In this document: one piece after another, positions 14,395-26,500 of the stretch
How positions within the stretch are numbered: position 1 is the first letter of the stretch
Layout: the number at the start of each line of letters is the position of its first letter
DNA from: Chrysomallon squamiferum
Lineage: Eukaryota; Animalia; Mollusca
Length of the DNA: 64,000 nt
NCBI GenBank assembly: GCA_012295275.1
Contig: CM022666.1
Coordinates: forward strand, 2,604,001 to 2,668,000
Direction: 5' to 3'
Made by a program: the position numbers and the translations under genes
The notes under the pieces: generated by a model
The model's database searches: none
What the model saw: only the letters and a program-made list of their open reading frames with translations
Told to the model about the DNA's origin: nothing

Positions 14395-15507
14395 TTATTT
14401 TTATTTGTTTTTGAATAATTTTTAAAACTAATACACTTGAAAATCATTTTTAATATTAAAACAAATAATCGAAAATGTATGCAATCATATTTGACTGAAA
14501 TTTTTGAACAAGACTATTGTGATAAGGAATACAGAAATAGGATACTGAAAGTTATGGCTATGTTTTCCAGTGTATCAAGATGGATTTATCAAAGACAATG
14601 CCGATTCTTTCATGTATATTGGAAGGAGGTGTATGTTAAAGATTCTTAGCTAATCAGTCAAAAAAATATCCATAGAGTACGTCAGTGTAAGAAATTTCCA
14701 GTTTCTGTTACCGCATCTGAAAATTTCATTTATATATTTCCAAACATCACAGCCTGTAACAAGTGGGCATAAACTCTTCAGCGATCATCCACTATGTTTT
14801 CACAGGCATCCGCGCACGCACACACGCACAAGCATTCATTAAGAAGAAAAAAAACCGATGGAAATATAAAATGCAGACTGCGCGAATATTTCATTAATAA
14901 ATACCTCATTAAAGAGAAGTTATCAGTTTTGTATTCAGCTTCTGTATTAAATAAATTCTAACATATTATTGATTGACTCATTTATTTCTTGTTTACAGAA
15001 ATTAATAAACTGTTTCGTTATAATTCCGTTTCCAGTTCAAAAACGATACAAATATATACGTTTATTAAAATACACTTTTTCCCTCCATTTTCTAATATTC
15101 AAATTATTTTACTTGGGCGTCTTTGTCATAAATAAATTCCAGTCCATTTCTAATTTATCTTAATTTCAGTAGAAAGGTATGTGTATTTATTTAAGATTCT
15201 GGTATACGTGATAGAAATTGAACATAAAGGCATTTACCGATTTCCTCATTAGAATCATAAGCGGTACGTGTTTATATTACGCTACAAAAACAAACGCCAT
15301 ATCGACAGTGTGTATCTGTTGATCAGCACTTGTAATAAGCCTTGAAATCTTCCATTCATGTCTTTCTGGTACCAATAAAAAAAAAAAAAAGCCTTAAGAA
15401 AGGTAATAAAAAAAAAAAAAATAAAAAAAAATAAAGAGATAACAAATTAATAAATGAAATGATGCTAGTTTTGATTATTTTGATTTGATCTGATTTTGTT
15501 CCGGATA

Positions 15508-16163
15508 CAGTAGTGTACCCTATAATGAACGGATTATGCTGCGAGTATCCCTGTAATGAACGGTTTTAGGTACGAATCTCAGAATCTCAGAACCTCAGAA
15601 CGAATGCGGAAGAATATTTCTGAGGAGAACAAGGAGCAAATCCATGTTATTCCAGCCCAAGAACTGGAATAAACTTTCCAAAATTGTTAAGGAAAATCAT
15701 CCTGATGTTGATGCTTAATATTCTTAAAGACACAGTGACGGCCCAATTATGGAATGTCCAGAAATTCAGGTAGAAGCAGTCGACCCTGGATTCCTTCTTT
15801 AAAAGACCTCCTGCAGACGAACTGCCTGTAGGACAGTCACCAAAGTGGGCTAGGAAGGATGACCACTCTCCTTTCACTTCTTCTCAGTGATTATCTCCTC
15901 CTCCCCCCTTCCCCCTGCCTCCTCTCCTGCAAGCGCAGCAATAGATAAAGTAAGATAAAGTATCAATGATATTTTTCATTTCAGGAGTTTAAATGTACGG
16001 TTTAAAACATTGGTTTTTTTCTACATTACACTAATTTTGTTATTTTTGAGAGGGTGTGTTTGCGAGCCAGGGACGGATTACCCCCTTATAGCATGTATTT
16101 CAGTGGACCCTTTAACGAACGAAACTCTGGAACCGATTAGATTCGTTATAGTGTACTCCACTG
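15508..16163 (+). mobile_element. Internally deleted Tigger/pogo DNA transposon with TIRs
   Basis: TA then left TIR cagtagtgtaccctataatgaa (15508). The right end (16142-16163) reverse-complements to cagtggagtacactataacgaa, an 18/22 match. Internal remnant R*KQSTLDSFFKRP (~15768-15809) matches the Tigger-type transposase C-terminal QxTLDxFF motif. Confidence 0.75.
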
Positions 16164-16268
16164 TGTATTTATTTATTTATTTATTTATTTATTTATTATA
16201 ACTTCGATGATGATGAAATTAATGATTGGGTTAATAATAATAATAATAATAATAATAACAATAATGGC

Positions 16269-16370
<102 letters not shown>

Positions 16371-16589
16371 TATAATAATAATAACAATAATAAGTATATT
16401 TATATAATTCAATAAAATAAAGAAATAAAGAAAGAAAGAAATAAAGAACCGAAACGAGAAGATTCCATCAGTTTTCAGAATGTGTTTTTCAAAAACAAAT
16501 CCATGAATAAAAATCAAATTCACAATAATATGCCATAAAAGGCTTTGATTCATAAAGTAATGAAACTGAGGAAGATCCTTTTTGTAGGC

Positions 16590-17604
16590 GTGCCTTCCTG
16601 TGTGATTTGTCTTCTTTTATGAAGTATGTTTCCTGGAAACCATCGCCAACATGCTTGAATCGCTGACTGGTACCATAACAACAGTCAGCGGAATACATTA
16701 TTACCTGTTAGAATCATATATAAGTGAAAGACGTCTACAACTGCATACTTCTGAATATTTTACGTCTATTTGACTTCATTCAGCAGTAAAAATCACCACA
16801 GATATGTCTCTCGTTCTGCCAACAAAGCACAGCCTTTGCGAAGACTTCAAAAACGAAATCGACTCATGGATAGAAAGTGAAATGATGGAACTCCAACAAT
16901 GCACTGATCGTGCCTGGTTTCAAAATGGAACTTTTCAAGTTCTGACATCCATCTCGGACAGGAAGAAAAATTACAAAAGAGGAAAAGTCTGTTGAAAATC
17001 AACATACAATGTACGTATTTCTGTTCTGCGTTTAAATTCTGCTTATAAGATCATCATTTATTTTTAGAAACTGACTTTTGATTTTACATTTATTTTTGGA
17101 AAGACATGTCTGCAACATATTTCTCTTGAAAAACAAATAGCACACTGGAAACAAATTGTCTTACGTTTTTAAATATCTGCCTAAAAAGCATCACCGATCA
17201 AAAACTGGATGACTGCAATCTGGATTTTTATTTCTGGCAAAAATATTTAAGTTACAAGAAACAGCCTTCAGATTTTCGAACAACAACAGTCCAAAATGAG
17301 GATATTTTCTAAAACTGTACGACACAATTAGGAACTGAAACAAAATAAAACTCCGGAAGAAACACACAACATCCAAGAACTCGAAGAATTCTGATATTCA
17401 ATTCTGGAAGAAACAAATCTTCGAAGAACACGGACTAAACAACACTAAAACGTTTAAGCTTCGAACTGGCCAAGCTCATGCATTACAGTTACGAAATGGA
17501 AGAATGACATTCTTACATTAATTTTTCAAAAGACGCCATGGAAATCTTAAAGGGAACCACGCATGCTTCTTGCAAAGGATATTATTTTATAATTTAATGT
17601 GTTA
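16590..17604 (+). pseudogene. Decayed coding sequence, tentatively SGNH / PC-esterase (NXPE/CASD1-related) type, copy 1
   Basis: Joining frames gives CDL...TCLN/LTGTITTVSGIHYYLLE...*LHSAVKITTDMSLVLP..., ending in tataatttaatgtgttag (YNLMC*). Multiple stops and frameshifts; no intact GDS motif. Confidence 0.4.
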
Positions 17605-18255
17605 GAGAAAATACTTTTTAAAAACTTCAGTCAATTTTAGGAAATTAAGCGCTGGAAAGAAATAAAAATAATTGCGTTGCAGCAGATGCTTCAGAAGTGA
17701 AATACAAATGGAAATAATATCTTAAATTAAAGGAAACAAACGGACACACTGACAAGAAGTATACTAATATATATATATATATATACGCAGAAATTATCTA
17801 CATGATTCTATAAAAATATAAAAAATACGTATGTTAAAAAATGTAAAACTGTTAACAGTAGTTATTAGCAATTTGTATCTGTGTCAGAAAAGACAAAAAT
17901 ACTTTTATATTTGTTTTAAATAAAAGCTGATACCACATATCGTTTTGTTACTATTTTTTATTGTCATTGATGTCATAGTAGATTATGCTGTTGTTGTTTG
18001 TGTAGTTGCTTTTGCCTATCTTAACCCTGCTATTTTGCACTTCCTACGAAGACCACTAGTTCGCTTGACTGCATTGATGTTGCCTGATTCATTCAAACAC
18101 GCGCATTGTAGTTTCCTGTCGATGTGCGTAGTTAAGAGGCGAAAAAAACCAATTCCACTCCTTTCAAAATTTGCATTATGATAAAATAGTAACCAGGACG
18201 ATTTTATTCAAAACAGTTAGTGACATTTGTAATCAATGAATATTTAACTTCATTG

Positions 18256-18287
<32 letters not shown>

Positions 18288-18436
18288 GGATAGACAGATA
18301 GAGGAAAATAATAATAATAATAACAATAACAATAACAATAACAATAATAATAATGTTAATGATAAAAATAATATAATAATAATAGTAATAATATAATAAT
18401 AATGATAATATAATAACAATAATAATAATAATAATA

Positions 18437-18491
<55 letters not shown>

Positions 18492-18494
<3 letters not shown>

Positions 18495-19031
18495 GATAAG
18501 GAGCAAAGCCATGTTGTTCCAGCCCAAGAGCTGGAATAAACTATCCAAAATTGTTAAGGAAACTCATCCTGATGTTGGTGCTGTAATATTCTTAATGACA
18601 CAGTGATTGCCTAATTATGGAATGTCGAGAAATTCAGGTTGAAGCAGTCAACCCTGGATTCCTTCTTTAAACGACCTCCTACAGACGAACTGCCTGTAGG
18701 ACAGTCACCAAAGTAGGCTAGGAAGAATGACCCTTCTCCTTTCACCTCTTCTCAGTAATCATCTCCTCCACCCCCACCCCCCACTCTGCCTCCTCTCCTG
18801 CAAGTTCAGCAATAGTAAAGGAAGATAAAGCATTAATGATATTTTTCATTTCATGGGGTTTAAATGTACGGTTTAAAAAATTAATTTATTATATTACATT
18901 GTTTTTGTTATTTTTGAGAGGGTGTACTGTGCGAGCCATATAACATGTATTTCAGTGGACCCTTTAACAAACGAACTGTTTAACGAACGAGGCTCTGGAA
19001 CCAGTTAGATTCGTTATAGCGTATTCCACTG
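18492..19031 (+). mobile_element. Second, 5'-truncated copy of the Tigger/pogo remnant (part of the tandem duplication)
   Basis: Closely similar to 15622-16163, including KQSTLDSFFKRP and the right TIR. The left TIR is replaced by (AAT)n. Confidence 0.7.
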
Positions 19032-19117
19032 AATATTTATTTCATTTTATTTATTTACTTATTTATTATAATTTCGATGATGATGAAATTAATGACTGGG
19101 TTAATAATAATAATAGC

Positions 19118-19187
<70 letters not shown>

Positions 19188-19379
19188 TTTATATAATTAA
19201 ATAAAATAAAATAAAATAATAAATAAATAAGAAAGAAAGAAATAAACGAAAAGAGAAGATTCCATCAGTTTTTATAATATATTCAAAAACAAATAGATGA
19301 ATAAAGTTCAAATTCACAATAATATGCCATAAAAGGCTTTAATTCATAAAGTAATGAAAATGAGGAAGATCCTTTTTGT

Positions 19380-20396
19380 AGGCGTGCCTTTATGTGTGAT
19401 TGGTTGTTTTTTATAAAGTACGTTTCCTGGAAACCATCGTGCACATGCTTGAATCACTGACTGATACCATAACAACAGCGGAATACATTATTACCTGTTA
19501 GAAACGTATATAAGTGAAAGACATCTACAACTGCATTCTTCTGAATATTTTATGTCTATTTGACTTCATTCAGCAGTAAACAATCACCACAGATATGTCT
19601 CTCGTTCTGCCAACGAAACACAGCCTTTGCGAAGACTTCGAAAAAGAAATCGACTCATGGATAGACAGTGAAATGATGGATCTCCCCCAATGCACTGATC
19701 GTGCCTGGTTTCAAAATGGAACTTTTCAAGTTCTAACATCCATATCGGACAGGAAGAAAAATTACAAAAGAGGAAAAGTCTGTTGAAAATCAACATACAA
19801 TGTACGTATTTCTATTCTGCGTTTAAAATTCTGCTTATAAGATCTTCATTTATTTTTAGAAACTAACTTTTGATTTTACATTTATTTTTTGGAAAGACAT
19901 CTAAGCAACATATTGAAAAAACAAAAACAGCACAGTGGAAACAAATTGTCTTACGTGTTTGAAGATCTGCCTAAAAAGCATCACCGACTAAAAGCTGGAT
20001 GACTGCAATCTGGATTTTTATTTCTGGCAAAAACATTTAAGTTACAAGAAACTGTACGACACAATTAGGAACTGAAACAAATAAAATAGTGAAATTGCTT
20101 CCATACGTATTCAGATGCTGAAGGCGAATTTTACAGTAATATCGTATTATGATCTACACAAGACATAATTTGTTGACATCCCGGAAGAAACACACAACAT
20201 TCAAGAACTCGAAGAATTCTGATATTCAATTCTGGAAGAAAAAATCTTCGAAGAACACGGACTAAACAACACTAAAACTTTCAAGCTTCGAACTGGCCAA
20301 GCTCATGCATTACAGTTACGAAATGGAAGAATGACATTCTTACATTAATTTGTCAAAAGACGCCAAAGGACATTATTTTATAATTTAATGTGTTAG
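19380..20396 (+). pseudogene. Decayed SGNH/PC-esterase-like coding sequence, copy 2
   Basis: 20085-20396 reads NSEIASIRIQMLKANFTVISYYDLHKT*...MTFLH*FVKRRQRTLFYNLMC*, resembling the N..A....F.VID.YDL and H...N..C C-terminal pattern of these domains. Several internal stops. Confidence 0.42.
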
Positions 20397-21196
20397 AGAA
20401 AATACTTTTTAAAAACTTTAGTCATTTTTTGGAAATTAAGCGCTGGAAAGAAATATAAATAATTGATTTGCAGCAGATGCTTCAGAAGTGAAATACAAAT
20501 GGAAATAATATATTAAATTAAAGGAAACAAAAAGTATACTAATATATATATATGGCAGAAATAATCTACATGATTCTATAAAAATATAAAAAATACGTAC
20601 GTTAAAAAATGTAAAACTGTTAACAGTAATAATAAGCAATTTGTATCAGTGTCAGAAAAGACAAAAATACTTTTATATTTGTTTTAAATAAAAGGTGATA
20701 CGACATATCGTTTTGTTACTATTTTTATTGTCATTGATGTCATAGTAGTTTATGTTGTTGTTGTTTGTGTAGTTGCTTTTGCCTATCTTAACCCTGCTAT
20801 TTTGCACTTCCTACAAAGACCACTAGTTCGCTTGACTGCATTGACTGCATTCCACTCCTTTCAAAATTTGCATTATGATAAAATAGTAACCAGGATGATT
20901 TTATTCTAAACAATTAGCGACAGTTTAAATCAATGAATATTTAACTTCACACTTTTTGAGAAAAACAGTTTCTGCTCTTGCTAAAGATCACTAACTTTAT
21001 TCTGGTGGCATCACGGGGAAAAGGCGGGATTCGTTCGTCAGTAAACAGGTGGATGGGAATGATTTGTTTGAGGAAACTAAAAGTGCGACAAAAACGTTTA
21101 TTATTAAATTAACCTGAAGAAAAAAAGAAGAATGTTTGGTCGAATAAAGTTATAAGTCAAAAAACATTTTCTAGATTCGGTACAATAAAATAAAAT

Positions 21197-21242
<46 letters not shown>

Positions 21243-21395
21243 ATAGACAGATAGTGGAAAATAATAATAATAATAATAATAATAACAATAACAATAACAA
21301 TAATAATAATGTTAATGATAAAAATAATATAATAATAATAGTAATAATATAATAATAATGATAATATAATAACAATAGTAATAATAATAATAGTA

Positions 21396-21429
<34 letters not shown>

Positions 21430-21849
21430 GTCATTGAAAACGTTGAAAAATGTGCTTGGAGGTAGTGATGTACTCTGAAGCCCCTAACAACATTTTCAGA
21501 AATAAAATAAAATAATTAAAATTAAATACAGTAAGTAAGTAAGTAAATAAATAAATAAATAAATAAACGAAATAAATATTCGCTTAGTCTTTGGAAGCTT
21601 TTATTCGGCACGGTGCAAAATACCTCATATTTTCATGCCATGCTTGTTATTATTTAATTTTTCTGATTTTACTTTCATCACTTTCATTTGTACCACAACA
21701 GTAATTAGCTGTCATCTCCCTAATTTTTTAAACTTACGTATTATTTGTCAATAACTTTTACTCAAAAAGCTGTAATGAAATCGCATAAAAAATAAAAATA
21801 AAAAATAAAAATAAATAAATAAAAATAATAAATAAATAAAAATAATAAA

Positions 21850-21911
<62 letters not shown>

Positions 21912-22601
21912 CTCGATATCATTCTTGCTTTTCGAAGATTTGTTTCCTCTACAATTCTGAACTTCAACTTATCTTCATACCAAGGGCATTTCCGCATCTT
22001 CATGAACAACTGCTTGGCTGTTAGAAGTACGAAAGAAGTGCGAAAATAACAGTTTTCCAACACCAACAATTCTGTATTTAGAATGTTGTCACTTAAAATG
22101 ACCACGACCGTGAAAACATTTTATCATGTCGTCTGCTTCAAATTTGAGATATCGAGACAAACGGAAAAGAACTGGAATTTCCGAGCGTATCCGAGACAGA
22201 CGAAAACAACCAAAATGGTTTTCACCTATGAAATAAGTTTATTTATCGATTAAACGTTTGTTTTCGATATCTCTTGAACAGGCGTTACAGTATTAGTAGC
22301 TATTAGATGTTTTAGTCAAGTAATTATTTTAGAGAGGAAACCTTATGCAGCCATTTCAGGCACTAGGCCTTCTAGCTGCTATATGCTTTCAGAAAGTAAC
22401 GTATATTTCATTAAGAACTTTTCGGTACAGACGGGATATCACATAATAATGGTTTTGTATAATAATTATTAGAGAACTCGACGTAATAATGATGTTTGCA
22501 CAGGTTAAAATGGTAGTATCATTCGTCAAAATAATTTAACACGGCCAGTTAGCGAAAAAAAAAAAAAAAAAAATGTAGTTTCATCTAAAACTTTGTATTA
22601 A

Positions 22602-22632
<31 letters not shown>

Positions 22633-23099
22633 TAAATGTCAAAATAACTTAACACGGCATGTTAGTAACTACTTACTTCGCCTAAAAAAATAAAAATAAA
22701 AAAAATAAAAAATAATAAAAATGTAGTTTCATCTAAAACTTTGTATTCAAATAATAATAATAATAATAATAAATTAAATGTATGTATGTGCGAATGTATA
22801 TAATTTTTACCGGGCGTTAGTTTTTGTGTTGTGTTGTCATGTGTAATTGTTGAGCAGACCCTCAATACTTCATTTTCAACACAGTTTTTAATTAGGTAGA
22901 GTAAGATATTTAATTATACCTTTGAATATATTAGATTTTGATATACGTATCATAAAATTTTGACTACTGTGTGTTTTCTTTGTAATGTTTCAAATTTTCT
23001 CTATTTATTTTGTTCGCTAATAGATTTTGCTCAGACCCTTAAAGGTAGCAGAGGAATATTGCTTTTGTTTGTAGCCTGAAACTAACTTTGACCTTTTTC

Positions 23100-23380
23100 T
23101 CTATGCGCAAGCTCAGATTAACCACGTGGTTTTCACAACCAATGAACACCCAAGAATGGCGGACGCCGCCAAGATCATTTTGCTAGAATGAAAGAAGTTG
23201 AAGTAAAATAAACTGATGATCGATGAAATTTTTGCCTGATCATGGCTTTTAACTGGGTACAACGTATACTGACAAGGATGTTTTGCTGATTTTTATGCTT
23301 TTATGATTTTGAATGGCAGTTAATATGGTATTCTTGGCATGGAAAACGGATATCAAGTGGTAACAGTCGCCATTTTGTCG
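23100..23380 (+). promoter_or_regulatory. Putative promoter/5' UTR of the DP gene
   Basis: CpG-enriched island with E-box ccacgtgg (23122-23129), CCAAT (23139-23143), and YY1-like aatggcgg (23155-23162) and cgccattttg (23368-23377), upstream of the ATG at 23515. Confidence 0.55.
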
Positions 23381-23514
23381 ACATTCCATGTTGGAAGAAT
23401 TCTTGTTTTCATTATAAGTAATCGGTGATACTGAAACGGTGTAGAAGTACTTTAGGAAGTACATCTCATCCCTAGGATATCTAGGATTGTCCTTGTACTG
23501 CCGATCGTTTAGGC

Positions 23515-26500
23515 ATGACATCAAATCCAAATACGACGTTGGCGAGCCTGTGGGTCGATGAGGGTAATGCATTTCTCAGTTTTGGACCTTTTTACCTAGA
23601 ATAAAATATAAAAATATTCCTACATTTGTATGTTTTCATATATAATCATTAACAATGTACGTTTGAGTATAACTACATTGATATGCTCATCACTGTTTTT
23701 CAAATACAAAACTGGAACGATTCTTGTAAAAATAATTGAACTTTTTTTTGGCGGGGGGGTAAAAACCATATAAATGATTTCAAAATATTTTTAATTCATT
23801 ACTGGATCATGATGCATGAAGTTTCATACATTTCATTAGTGATCAGCATTTAATCATTATTAATACAGCATTAAGTAGGTTTTACTTGGTTATTTCAGCA
23901 TTTTAAGGCCTCTCCTGATTCAGTAAAAGCAACTTTCGTTACTTTGCATCTATAATTTATTTTAAAACAGGCCATGAATTAATATGTGGTATCTGCAGCA
24001 TACTGACAGCAAAAGATACATGAAAATATTTTACATTATCTACATTTCCTTACAAAGGAACAGATTAAGCAGCAGGCCAAAAAATAAAACAAAAAAGTCA
24101 ATAATAATTCACACCCACCCACACACATCCACTGAAACTTTGCATGTTGTAAATAATTATTGAAATAATTCACATTCATAGTATAATTTAATTACTATGA
24201 TGGTTTCTTACCCCAAAATAGTTACATTAAATAGATTTGTAAAATCTGTATGCACCAACGTATGATACAAATGTATAACATAAAAAAAAGAAGAAAGAAA
24301 TCCCAGCTTTCTTCATTCCTATTTCACAGATTAGTATGTATTTATGAAATTCATCAGCATGATTTCTAATATATAGCTATTTTTGTTTGCTAGTTGTTTT
24401 TTTTTGATTAACTTTAAACTTATTTTACTGTAGATCTTTTAAATTATTATATGCTGTAATTTTTAAGCAGTTTCACTTCCGTAAATTTGATGAGGTAGAT
24501 GGAATTTTCCAAAAGTGTTATAAAAAAAGAAGTATAACTCAATTTTTATATCTGGAACATGTTGCATAATCATATTGCCAAATCGCAGTATGTTTTATGT
24601 GCAAACTGCTTAAAATGATTATATTATTAAATGATTTTTATATTTCTTTTTGTTTATATTTAGAAAAACAACAAAACATTCATAGGTATCATAACTGCAG
24701 TTTTTTTGAGTCCATCATTATCAAGTAGATTAAATAATTTTCATATGGAAAATCTGGTATAAACTTTTAATTATCATGAGTTATAATAAAGAAAAGAGAT
24801 ATTTGATGATATAATTTAAAGCAAAACATAGCTCATTAATAATGATAGAGAGATGGTTGGCGATTTTATAATTCATGACAATAATAACTAAAAGACGAAA
24901 ACAATACAAATATATATATATTTTTTTTTATTTGTAAAAACAACGGTAAGTTTATAATTTCTTTTTAAATGATAAAATCATTTTTAAATAGTATAAAATG
25001 TACAGCGATTTTGCTTTTAAGGCACTTTCATCACTAGTGAGATCACCTGGGCAACACTGACCTATGGTGATATCAACAGACACCATACATTTAATTTGTT
25101 CTGCTATACACTTTTTACTAACTGATTTGATCCTTAAATAGACTGTTAACCATAACAAATACAAGTAATACTGTTATTTAAATTATTTTGAAACAGAAGT
25201 AGAGTTGGCAAAAAGTTGTTTTGTAATTTAGAAAGAAAAAATAATTCATGAGTTTGGTAATGCTGTAGTAACCAAATTTGTTTGTGTATAAGATTCGGTG
25301 AATGATCATTTAAACATTTGTAGGGGTGGAGTGCTTTGTGCAAATGGCTAAAATAAATGTTAAAGAATGGGTGTTATAGCACATAACTAAGTTAGAAATT
25401 TTAAATTCAATTGCTTCGGTTTTCATTGTGACATTACATATAATAAAAATACTTCAGAGAATGTAATTATTTTTTAAAAGACAGTGTAATAATTATAAAA
25501 ATAATTGACAAGTAACTTGTTTGTGGAACTTAAAAGAGAATAAAGTTACATAAACTGCATTTGCAGAACCACAGAGTATGTAGAATTCATTTCTAATTGC
25601 CCAGATCAATGATATATTTAAAACTTAATACATTTATGTCATTTTCATTTATTTTTACTACATCTGTAGTGTTGTTTTTATGAAAAGAGAGATTAACAGA
25701 CTTACTACATTAATTAAGCAGATTAAAACTTTCAACAGTTCACAAGATGTACTGATACTTTGATTGCATACAGATTAAGAATGTTTTTCATTTTCTTTTC
25801 TTTCCCCTAGGGCAAGGAAGTCCTGTAAGGATTGTGACCCCAACAAAGTCAGCCAATGGCAATGAATTGCGAGATGACATTTACAAGTTTTACAAAAATA
25901 CTGGCTTAGAGAATCTGGCAAAAGAGGTGAGATAGCAGTCCAAATTACATTTACGTCATAAGAGGGTTGGCGTCTTAAGGTAGTCATTTCATTAAAAAAA
26001 AAAAACAGGACATGGAAGAAACCACCTAATTTTGATAATCTATTTATTTGCATTTTTTAAACAACATATAGTATCTGTGTTTAATAAATAGGTAAAACAA
26101 GGATAGTTTCTGTTCACAGTGGCAGGTTGAATCAGCCAAAACATTTCTTTGCTTCAGTTTTGTATGTGACCTGATGATGAAAAAGCAAAGCCTGTCATTT
26201 CTGTGATGTATAAAGGCTTCTACTGCAGAGAACATAATAGTCAGTTGGTTATAGCTTCTTGAATGGCAGGATGTTCATTCTGAGCTGTTGGAAAGATGAT
26301 GAATTGTATGTTGTTTGAGCCTTAAACTGGATAAATCAGAAGTACATTGTCTTCAAGTCTGGAAAGAGTTACTGATGAATGCTATCGTCAAATCTGGAAA
26401 GAGTTACTGATGAACTCTATCATCTCTTTGTCTGCCATCATCCTCTGCTCATTTAGCAGTCATATGAGAATTGTATTTTGGTGACTAGAGTTTGGTTCCA

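Noticed and set aside
16804-16995. Small heat-shock protein (MSLV... N-terminus)
   Set aside because: No alpha-crystallin domain could be recovered in any downstream frame.
16770-17000. Shared TGA codons as selenocysteine or A-to-I-recoded Trp
   Set aside because: The same sequence has frameshifts, deletions and TAA stops, and no SECIS-like hairpin was recognised; decay is the simpler explanation.
23249-23572. 107-aa minus-strand ORF
   Set aside because: It is antisense to DP exon 1/5' UTR and has no recognisable motif.
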